From sequence record NC_041973.1: a stretch of DNA of 64,000 nucleotides, one strand, 5' to 3'. Made by a program: the position numbers and the translations under genes. A model generated the notes under the pieces. It saw nothing but the letters and a program-made list of their open reading frames with translations, was not told the origin of the DNA and did not search any database. Position 1 is the stretch's first letter. Each line of letters starts with the position of its first letter. Below, piece by piece: positions 56,603 to 64,000 of the stretch.

Positions 56603-57142
56603 ATGGCAGATCGTGTTAGTACTGGTGCAGAGATTATCTACGGCACCGGCTTTACCTCCCATGGCGGCCCAGGACAGCAAGGCGTAAAGATCAACGTCGA
56701 CAACAACGTCATTGATCTTTACCAGCGTTTGGCAGGCAACATCACGCTCGCCGGTAACTTTAACTTCCGAAAAGAAGTGTGTGTTACTGCTGCACGACTG
56801 TTACTGCCATTGCCAAACTGGCTCCTGGCCACCCGTAGTAATTACCTGCACTCCAAACACGCGCTGTTGTTCGCCCGTGACCTGGGGTTGATTGCGATGG
56901 GTAAGAGTCCGGACATGAGTGTGATGACGCGCATGCGTCTGTTTTCACCCAGTTCTGTGAAGTCCAACCCGGGTGAGCTGAATGCGTCGAATTACGATGC
57001 ACTCTCGTTGATCCCTAATAAGTTCATTGATGAGCTGCGTACCTATTCCAATGGTGCACAGCTGGCTAACCTGACCCGCGACGCACAGCATGTGAAAGAC
57101 CTGGTCACGTCATTATATGTCATGTTTGGTTCTGTTGAATAA
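56603..57142 (+). CDS. probable virion protein
   Basis: The start is moved to ATG 56603, after an AAGGAG SD. Confidence 0.65.
   Translation: MADRVSTGAEIIYGTGFTSHGGPGQQGVKINVDNNVIDLYQRLAGNITLAGNFNFRKEVCVTAARLLLPLPNWLLATRSNYLHSKHALLFARDLGLIAMGKSPDMSVMTRMRLFSPSSVKSNPGELNASNYDALSLIPNKFIDELRTYSNGAQLANLTRDAQHVKDLVTSLYVMFGSVE
57112..57120 (+). promoter_or_regulatory. candidate late promoter ATTATATGT
   Basis: 60 nt upstream of the head-protein gene at 57180. Confidence 0.45.
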
Positions 57143-57179
57143 CAGGCCTCAAAATCGGAATGTAGAGGATACGTAAAAA

Positions 57180-58769
57180 ATGAGTAAAGCATACCTCCAT
57201 ACCCTGCTGACTGCAGGTAATGAAGCGTTTGATGCAGCCGGCGAACCAGTGGGTGTGACTGTGGTTGATGCCCCGATCGAAGTGCCTGTTGTTGCAGACC
57301 CAGCAGTTGAGCCAGAAGCCCCAGCGGTAACTGATGCGCCAGTGGTTACGCAGGACCCGGTTGAGCCTGATCCAGAACCAGCAGCGGTCGTCGTTGCCAT
57401 CAACGAAGATGAGAAAGAGCTGGTCATTGCGTCTACTGAAGCGGCTGCGGCCGAAGTGGTTGTGATCGAATCTGATTGCGCGCTGGAAGAAGTTGAAGAC
57501 CTGCTCGACGACCAGATCCAGGTTGTAGCGGAAACTGAAAACATCGTCGCCTCTATGGAATCGTTCGTCGGTTCTGCGATGACCATGCAGGATGCGCAAG
57601 CCCTGCAGCAGTGGGTGCATAACGCCACCCGTGGTCAATATGACCAAGCTAAAGTTGTCGGCTCTCTGGAAGCGTTCGGTAACGACGTCTCTACCGATGA
57701 TGCGCTGAACGCTGGCCTGGAAGGGATCGGCGAGTTCCTGAAAGCTGCCCGTAATAAAGCAGCTGATCTGCGTAAAGTCATGGTTGCGCGCTGGAACGCT
57801 TTCTTCAAAGATGTGTTCGTGGGCTTTGATAAAGTTGCACGTCGTGCTGATGCGCTGGGTAAACTGGCGAAAGGTACTTCAGGCGAATCCAACTCCTCTA
57901 CTATTCAGCTGCCGCTGGATACGGCCTGGCGTCTGGTGAAAGATGGTAAGGTTTCTCAGAACCTGCCGAAAGATCTGGGTGACCTGGGTAAATTTGCCAA
58001 GGCGGTCTTTAAAGACAACCCGGAAGCGCTGCTGGTGCATCGTAAGAAACTGGTTGACATCGCTGTTCGTCTGTCTACTGCTGACTATGACGACGCACTG
58101 AAGATCGGCAAAGAGCTGGTGAACTTCGAACTGCCAAGCGTTGGCGTGTGCAAAACCAAAGTGGTCAACAACTCCAACACGGTTGATGTGTATCGCTCTG
58201 ATGAGTTCCTGGGTGCGCTGTCTATTTTCTATTGCAAGCCTGTTGACAAAATCAATGCGCAGTTACCACTGCCGCGTCAGCTGTCTGACAAGTTCAACTC
58301 CATCATCGCGATCGATGTGAGCGTGTCTGAAACCGGTAAGAAAACACCGAAGCTGGATGTCTCTATTGATACCCTGCAACCGGCTGAAATCGCCAAAGTG
58401 GCTGATGATGTCAACGCTATCCTGGGCGACATCCGTCAGTACCGCACCAACTACGGTGAGTGGTATGCGGCGAACAGCGATCTGGATCGTGTGATCGGTA
58501 TCCTGGCGAACGTACCGTGGTCTGGCGATGCTGGCACCACTACTGTCGACAGCACCACTGATGCCGAGGGTAATACCTCAACCATCGTGAACATCATCGG
58601 TCTGAACCGCGACCTGGCGGATGTGATTGAAGGCATGCATGACATGTATAGCTACCTGTCTGTAAGCCCGATCCGTGTCCTGTCTGCCGAACTGCTGCCA
58701 ATCCTGAACCGTGCACTGGAAGTGGGTGAGCGTTCTCTGGCAACCTACAGCGACAACAACCTGGCGTAA
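57180..58769 (+). CDS. inner-head paralog family protein (phiKZ gp93-97-like)
   Basis: Acidic propeptide with AGNE|A, ASME|S, GSLE|A and AGLE|G. Confidence 0.75.
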   Translation: MSKAYLHTLLTAGNEAFDAAGEPVGVTVVDAPIEVPVVADPAVEPEAPAVTDAPVVTQDPVEPDPEPAAVVVAINEDEKELVIASTEAAAAEVVVIESDCALEEVEDLLDDQIQVVAETENIVASMESFVGSAMTMQDAQALQQWVHNATRGQYDQAKVVGSLEAFGNDVSTDDALNAGLEGIGEFLKAARNKAADLRKVMVARWNAFFKDVFVGFDKVARRADALGKLAKGTSGESNSSTIQLPLDTAWRLVKDGKVSQNLPKDLGDLGKFAKAVFKDNPEALLVHRKKLVDIAVRLSTADYDDALKIGKELVNFELPSVGVCKTKVVNNSNTVDVYRSDEFLGALSIFYCKPVDKINAQLPLPRQLSDKFNSIIAIDVSVSETGKKTPKLDVSIDTLQPAEIAKVADDVNAILGDIRQYRTNYGEWYAANSDLDRVIGILANVPWSGDAGTTTVDSTTDAEGNTSTIVNIIGLNRDLADVIEGMHDMYSYLSVSPIRVLSAELLPILNRALEVGERSLATYSDNNLA

Positions 58770-58787
58770 CCGTCATAAGGCAAAGAG

Positions 58788-60173
58788 ATGTCTTTACACC
58801 AAAAGCTCCTCTCTGCCGGGCTGGAGGCGTTTGATGCGCCTCCGGCTGCTCCGGTAGTAGCGGCAGTAGTACCTGCTCCATTTGATAACAACGCCCCGGT
58901 TAGCGAAGACCCGGAACTGATTCGTGAAGAGACTGCCGCTCGTTTAGCGCTCGTGTCGATCATCGAAGCGGAACGTGACGAAGAAGACTCGCGGTCAGCG
59001 GTTTACGAACTGCGTCGTCTGTCTGATGGTTTGGAAGGGTTGATGGTTGAGATTCAAAACGTCAACAACCCAGAAGAACCGACTGAAGACGAAATGGCGA
59101 TGTTGAAAGCCACCGCCCAGCAAGTACGTAAAGAGCTGCTGGAAGATGGTGAGCAAGAACTCGTCATCAATGTCGAAAACGGCATTCTGGTCGGTTCACA
59201 GGAAGGTCTGGCTGATGCCCTCAGTAATGTGGCGAAGAAGATCGGTTTTGCATTAGGTAATGCAGCGAAAGGTTTACTGAGCAAAGGCGAGCAGGCGAAA
59301 GCGCCGTTGTCTTATAACCGTAAACTGGCAGCTGAACTGAAAGCGAAAATCGATAAGCTCGGCACGACAGAATTTGACTTTACCATGCCAGCTGATCTGG
59401 TCCGTCAGATTCGTGTGAGCGATACCGGTCCGGTTGATGCACTCAAAGCAGTAGCAGACTTCCCGGCAGCACTTGATGCCTGGTATCTGACCCCTGCTGA
59501 TGCAGCAATGAACCTGTTTGAAAAACACGCCAACATCGTGCAGGCGATTGCCGGTAGCAAGACTCTCGAAGAGTTCAACACGAACTATGCGAAACTGAGC
59601 TCACTGGCACCACCGCTACCTGCAGGCGCTAAACGCCTTGATCCGATTAACACGCGGGATTATATCTTCGATGTTAATGAACATCACCCAAGTATGGGTC
59701 GTGTGGCTCGCTACTATTATGTTGCGCGTCCGGATGTGGGTAAAACGCCTGAAGATAAAGCGCTGGATAATGTCATTGCTTTGGCGCAGTATTCGACCGG
59801 GATCTATCCGTTCGATAAGATCTCTAAACGCAAAGCAACTGATGAGCAGGTGAAGTTCAGCGCGGCTGAAGTCAAAGGCTTGCTGGATGACATGCTGAAA
59901 GCGTGTGACGTGGTTGATAAGTACCTTTCACGTCTTGCAGTCGCCAGCACAATGGATAAGCGCTACAACGCTCTGGTTGATTTACTCAATAGCGACTTGC
60001 GTAAACAAGAGTGGTGTTCCACAGAAGTCAACCGCATGGCACGCGTTGCGTTGATCTCAATGGATGCGTATTATTCATACGGGTTTGCTTATACCAGTCG
60101 TGCTTACGAGCTGATGGAGGTGATCGTCAAGTTGGTGAAGAAAGCCGTGTATAAATCTGACCTCAGTAAGTAA
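58788..60173 (+). CDS. inner-head paralog family protein
   Basis: AGLE|A, DGLE|G and GSQE|G sites. Confidence 0.75.
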   Translation: MSLHQKLLSAGLEAFDAPPAAPVVAAVVPAPFDNNAPVSEDPELIREETAARLALVSIIEAERDEEDSRSAVYELRRLSDGLEGLMVEIQNVNNPEEPTEDEMAMLKATAQQVRKELLEDGEQELVINVENGILVGSQEGLADALSNVAKKIGFALGNAAKGLLSKGEQAKAPLSYNRKLAAELKAKIDKLGTTEFDFTMPADLVRQIRVSDTGPVDALKAVADFPAALDAWYLTPADAAMNLFEKHANIVQAIAGSKTLEEFNTNYAKLSSLAPPLPAGAKRLDPINTRDYIFDVNEHHPSMGRVARYYYVARPDVGKTPEDKALDNVIALAQYSTGIYPFDKISKRKATDEQVKFSAAEVKGLLDDMLKACDVVDKYLSRLAVASTMDKRYNALVDLLNSDLRKQEWCSTEVNRMARVALISMDAYYSYGFAYTSRAYELMEVIVKLVKKAVYKSDLSK

Positions 60174-60184
60174 ACGGAGAAAAC

Positions 60185-61555
60185 ATGTCCGCGATTAATG
60201 ACTTTCTATTTACTGCGGGCATGGAGGGGTTTAACGACCCCTCCTCTATACCGCCCGTTGGTATAGTTGTGCCCTTTTTTGGTGTTGAGGAGTTCGCCGA
60301 AGCGGATGCTGAACAATCTGTACGTATGACAGAGATGAACCAGCAAGCCGAAGCAATTCAACGCCTGCAACAAACGCTGGTCTACATCAACGCTCACCGT
60401 CCGACCTTTGACCGTGAGAATGCTGCCGTCGTGCAGCAAGCACTGGGTGAAGTGCAGGTACTGATGCCCGACATGGAAGACCCGGTCACCATCATGGGGT
60501 CGCTGGAGCATTATACGCCGGCTTACACCAACCACCTGCTTGCGCACGGTATTGAAGGCATTGGTGATAAGATCCTGAGCGTGGTCAAGAAGATCATCGA
60601 ACTCTTGAAGAAAGGTTATGCCTTCTTGAGTAAAGCCATCCAGGCAAAGGGTGTGGTCTTCGGTAAACAGAAGCGCGAACTCGATGACCTCAATGCGTGG
60701 TTTAAAGAGCAACGCAAAAGCAACGATAAGCCCGCTACCACCACCGGTAATGAACCTAAGGTTGTTACGGTCACTGCCCCGACCTATCTGTACACCGTCG
60801 ACAGTAACAAACCGTTAGCGGCAGATCGCTTAGCAAGCGAAGTGGCAAAGTACAATAAATTCCTGCAGGCCTTCTCGGTTGATTTCATCCGGGCGCATAT
60901 TACCCTGGGTGATCTCTATATTCGTGCACTGGGTAGTCTGGATATTGCCAGCACCAGTAACGAAGAGTTGTTCACCAAGATGTTTAAGGGCCAGTTTAAA
61001 TACCAGGCCTCGGGTGCATCGCTGTACACCAAACGCAACGGCGAGATGTGTGATATCGAAACAGTTGGGTTGATTGGCGGGATTGGCTTTAAAGCCTCCA
61101 TCGCGAATATCCTGGTCGCACCGCTTGAGATGACTGCAGACGGTTCTAACCAGCGTAAGTTCTTCAAGCAGATGAACGGGTTATACAACTACAGTTTTGT
61201 CTCCAAAATAAAAATGGATGGCAGTACGGTAGGGAATACCCCAATCTATGCTTGCAGTCTCGCTGACGCTGAGCGGTTGGTGAATCAACTTGATATGTTG
61301 ACCAACTGGATGATTAACAGTCAACACGACGAAGAGATCCGTGACTTTAATAAGCGGGTGACTGAGTGTGTGGATAAGCTGGCTGATCGTGCCGGTCGTC
61401 TGGGTAATGACCGCAGTGATTTTATCACTACTGTGATCAACGCCTTGTCTGGTATCTCCAGTGGTCTGGAAAATGTGTCTCGTGGCATGAATCAGCAAAC
61501 GAACACATTGATCAACAACTTGCGTGAGTACGTTACCAAATCCACGAAAGCGTAA
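60185..61555 (+). CDS. inner-head paralog family protein
   Basis: AGME|G, GSLE|H and HGIE|G sites. Confidence 0.75.
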   Translation: MSAINDFLFTAGMEGFNDPSSIPPVGIVVPFFGVEEFAEADAEQSVRMTEMNQQAEAIQRLQQTLVYINAHRPTFDRENAAVVQQALGEVQVLMPDMEDPVTIMGSLEHYTPAYTNHLLAHGIEGIGDKILSVVKKIIELLKKGYAFLSKAIQAKGVVFGKQKRELDDLNAWFKEQRKSNDKPATTTGNEPKVVTVTAPTYLYTVDSNKPLAADRLASEVAKYNKFLQAFSVDFIRAHITLGDLYIRALGSLDIASTSNEELFTKMFKGQFKYQASGASLYTKRNGEMCDIETVGLIGGIGFKASIANILVAPLEMTADGSNQRKFFKQMNGLYNYSFVSKIKMDGSTVGNTPIYACSLADAERLVNQLDMLTNWMINSQHDEEIRDFNKRVTECVDKLADRAGRLGNDRSDFITTVINALSGISSGLENVSRGMNQQTNTLINNLREYVTKSTKA

Positions 61556-61558
61556 ATT

Positions 61559-61567
61559 ATTATATGT
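61559..61567 (+). promoter_or_regulatory. candidate late promoter ATTATATGT
   Basis: Intergenic, upstream of 61649. Confidence 0.45.
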
Positions 61568-61648
61568 GTTAACGGCCCTGCAGGAAACGCGGGGCCTTAT
61601 CACAATACGATCGTATTTAATTTCATGAAATTAAGGTAGAGACTCACT

Positions 61649-63004
61649 ATGTCTATTCAAGCATTTTTAAACCTCGGCGCCGAGGCTTTCGAAGACGCAC
61701 CGGTTGTTGAAGAAGCACCGGTTGTAGTTGTTGCACCAGTACCAGAAGAAGTGATCGAGCTGATTGCCGAGCGTGATGATTCGAACATCGCCCTGGCTAT
61801 TGCTCAGGATGCGGCGGCAATGTCTGCTGCTGAGCGTCAGGTGGAAGAGTTTGCTTCCGCAATCGAGCGCGTTGAAAATGTCCAGGCATCAATGGAGCAC
61901 TTCATCGAAGCGGGCCTGTCGCAGAAATCAGCAATGATGCTGCATCGCCAGATCTCAACAGTTATGGCATCTGTCGGCAAGGATGGCAGCGCCATCGGTG
62001 GCGGTCTGGAAAACTTCGACAACGAAGAAGCCAGCATTGCACTGCTGACCGCTGGTCTGGAAGCACTGGATGCCGAGAAAGCCGATCTGTCCTCCCGTGC
62101 CGGTGCATCTATTGCCGGTATCGCTGGTAACATTAAAAGCTTTCTGGGCAACATCAGTACTCAGGCCGGTCGTTATAAACTGCGTGCTGAAGCGATCGTT
62201 AAATCTGCTGACGGCGCTGAAGCCAAGTCCGGTACTGTTGAAGTAAAAGATAAACACCTGGTTGTAAAAGGTGGCAATCCATCAACTAACCTGAAAGGCG
62301 ATCTGGGTAACTTCAGCAAGCTGGTTGGTGCGGCAATCGCTACCTTCATCGAAGGCGATATCGTTAAAGAAGGCAGCGCCCTGGCAAAAGCTGGCGAGAC
62401 CATCATTAAAGCGACTACCGCTGATGTGGCAGTGAAAGCTGCAATGGGTGTGAAACACAATCCATTCCCGGGCGCAACCATCGCAGTGCAGGACAAAGAC
62501 ACCTTCAGTATCAAACGTACTGAAGTGGTTCTCGGCGGCTATGCGGTATTCGATCTGCAATATAAAGCCACCGGCGGCGAAGGTGCTGAAGCAGCTGTTG
62601 CGCATCTGAATGCACTGAGCAAAAACCGCGTTACTCTTCGTCAGGCTCCAGTTGAAGCTGGTAGCGAGAAAGTATTCTCTGCCACTATGTCTCCGGCCGA
62701 TGGCGCAGCACTGGCGAAAGATGTTATCGCAATGCTGGACAACATCACAGCGGTCAATAACCGTAGCCTGGGTGCGGTAAGTGGTGCACTGGCCCGTCTG
62801 GGTACCAGCGTTGTGTTGAAAGGTGCTGTGGCGAAAGACGCAGACAAAGACGTGAAGAAAATTGCTGGTGCCATGGGTAAAACCCTGGTTGGTTCTATCC
62901 AGGCTGTTAACAGTCTGCCACGCGATGCCCTGAGCGCTGCGCTGAAAGTGTCTGATGCTGTACTGAAAGTTGCTAAGAAAGCTGCTGCAGGTCAAGTAGA
63001 CTAA
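61649..63004 (+). CDS. inner-head paralog family protein
   Basis: LGAE|A, ASME|H, GGLE|N and AGLE|A sites. Confidence 0.75.
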   Translation: MSIQAFLNLGAEAFEDAPVVEEAPVVVVAPVPEEVIELIAERDDSNIALAIAQDAAAMSAAERQVEEFASAIERVENVQASMEHFIEAGLSQKSAMMLHRQISTVMASVGKDGSAIGGGLENFDNEEASIALLTAGLEALDAEKADLSSRAGASIAGIAGNIKSFLGNISTQAGRYKLRAEAIVKSADGAEAKSGTVEVKDKHLVVKGGNPSTNLKGDLGNFSKLVGAAIATFIEGDIVKEGSALAKAGETIIKATTADVAVKAAMGVKHNPFPGATIAVQDKDTFSIKRTEVVLGGYAVFDLQYKATGGEGAEAAVAHLNALSKNRVTLRQAPVEAGSEKVFSATMSPADGAALAKDVIAMLDNITAVNNRSLGAVSGALARLGTSVVLKGAVAKDADKDVKKIAGAMGKTLVGSIQAVNSLPRDALSAALKVSDAVLKVAKKAAAGQVD

Positions 63005-63026
63005 TCGAGTAACTTGACAACCTTAG

Positions 63027-63058
63027 GGGGAGAGGGGTTTCCCTCTCCTCTTATACCG
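63027..63058 (+). terminator. hairpin plus TTATACCG (variant)
   Basis: GGGGAGAGGG-GTTT-CCCTCTCCTC then TTATACCG. Confidence 0.75.
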
Positions 63059-63075
63059 ACCAAGAAGGTGAATGC

Positions 63076-64000
63076 ATGTCAACCATGACAGAACTGGGTC
63101 CGTCACAAGGCACACTCCTTGCGGATGAGAAAGCAGTACACGATGACGCGGCCACCGAAGCCACCGAAGTTGCACTCCACGTATTAAAGAAGATTGGTAA
63201 GAAGAAAGAGAAAGATGACGAGGATGAAGAGGTCGTGCTCTCCTTTGGTAGCGAAGGCTATGCCATGCTCACCAGTATGTCATTTGATCTGACTGAGAAC
63301 TCCGATCTGGCCGTACAGGAACTCCTGGATAAGATCACCACCATCGTCATTGAAGCAAATGGCAATCTCACGCAGAAAGATCTGGAGAAGATCAAGAGTG
63401 TGGGGAATGAGTCGTTATTAGGCGATGGGAATGAAGACTATAAAGAAGTCGTCACCATGGTCATGAAACGGATCATGCAATTCATTCGCTGGGCGATCAA
63501 CCAGGGTAAGGAAGGGATCAAACGGGTTGCTGACCGCTTGAGTCGTCTGAGCGTGAAGACGATGTATGTTGAGCGTAAGATCGATATCTCCACTGACAAC
63601 TCATTGCCGACTGACAAGTTTGTGTTACCGCGCAGCTATCCAATGCTGATGATGGTGAACAAACCACCGGCCAATGCCATGGAAGTGATTAACGCCGTCA
63701 ACCGCACCAAGTATCTCTTCACCACGCTACATAACGACTACCAAGGCTTCCAGGCGTTGTTTAAGGCAGCGGTAGCCACTGGCTCTCGGGCTGACACCTT
63801 AGAGATGATCAACAACTATCTCAACGGGTTGATCAGTAAGCTCTCAGCACGCCCTAACCCACTGTTCGATAACCGCAATACCTTTAACCAGTTACCGGGT
63901 GGGTATCGTCTGGTGTTCTCAGAAGGTCAGTCGTTTGCGGATTGTGGGGCAACGATCCTGCGTACGCCGGAGAAATACGAAGCCGCACCGGCGGTTCAGC
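63076..64000 (+). CDS. inner-head paralog family protein, 3'-truncated by the window (not in the ORF track)
   Basis: I translated from ATG 63076 (MSTMTELGPSQG...) and found it open to the window end. FGSE|G, VGNE|S and DGNE|D sites; AAGGTG SD. Confidence 0.75.
   Translation, partial: MSTMTELGPSQGTLLADEKAVHDDAATEATEVALHVLKKIGKKKEKDDEDEEVVLSFGSEGYAMLTSMSFDLTENSDLAVQELLDKITTIVIEANGNLTQKDLEKIKSVGNESLLGDGNEDYKEVVTMVMKRIMQFIRWAINQGKEGIKRVADRLSRLSVKTMYVERKIDISTDNSLPTDKFVLPRSYPMLMMVNKPPANAMEVINAVNRTKYLFTTLHNDYQGFQALFKAAVATGSRADTLEMINNYLNGLISKLSARPNPLFDNRNTFNQLPGGYRLVFSEGQSFADCGATILRTPEKYEAAPAVQ

Noticed and set aside
62282-62995. 237-aa antisense ORF, and many similar track ORFs nested in core genes
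   Set aside because: They lie opposite well-supported genes and have no SD or recognisable motifs.
1-64000. tRNA, rRNA, CRISPR array, IS element, chimallin or PhuZ gene
   Set aside because: Intergenic gaps are short and explained by promoters and terminators. I saw no cloverleaf, spaced repeat or transposase. Chimallin and tubulin were not recognised here and probably lie outside the window.

Overview
This 64-kb window is part of a phiKZ-like, nucleus-forming jumbo myophage genome (Chimalliviridae-type). The host is probably enterobacterial, but I cannot name the phage from sequence alone. Core genes appear in phiKZ order: an SbcD/Mre11 nuclease; a ChmC-like Gly-rich protein; the gp68-like non-virion RNAP subunit; PicA/Imp1-like and gp70-like proteins; nvRNAP beta-C and beta'-C halves with no introns; an SF2 helicase; a minus-strand tail-chaperone-like operon; a virion RNAP beta' subunit; one half of a split family-B DNA polymerase; baseplate and tube-like genes; and a tandem family of inner-head proteins with [A/S/G]-x-E maturation sites. 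Accessory islands lie at about 1-6 kb, 22-29.6 kb and 35-44 kb. phiKZ gp numbers come from synteny, size and remembered motifs, not from database searches. The strongest new observation is a probable programmed -1 frameshift (GGG-TTTTTTTT, 30634-30644, minus strand). It would join a 539-aa Cys-motif protein to a downstream ORF with no good start codon, like the lambda G/GT or P2 E/E' tail chaperones. Other highlights are a DUF2829/Tad2-like anti-defence sponge, two low-complexity tails in the nuclear-import cluster, and a recurring hairpin+TTATGCCG element. I also found three candidate promoter classes, two degenerate GIY-YIG paralogs and several tandem paralog arrays. I saw no tRNA, rRNA, CRISPR array or IS element.
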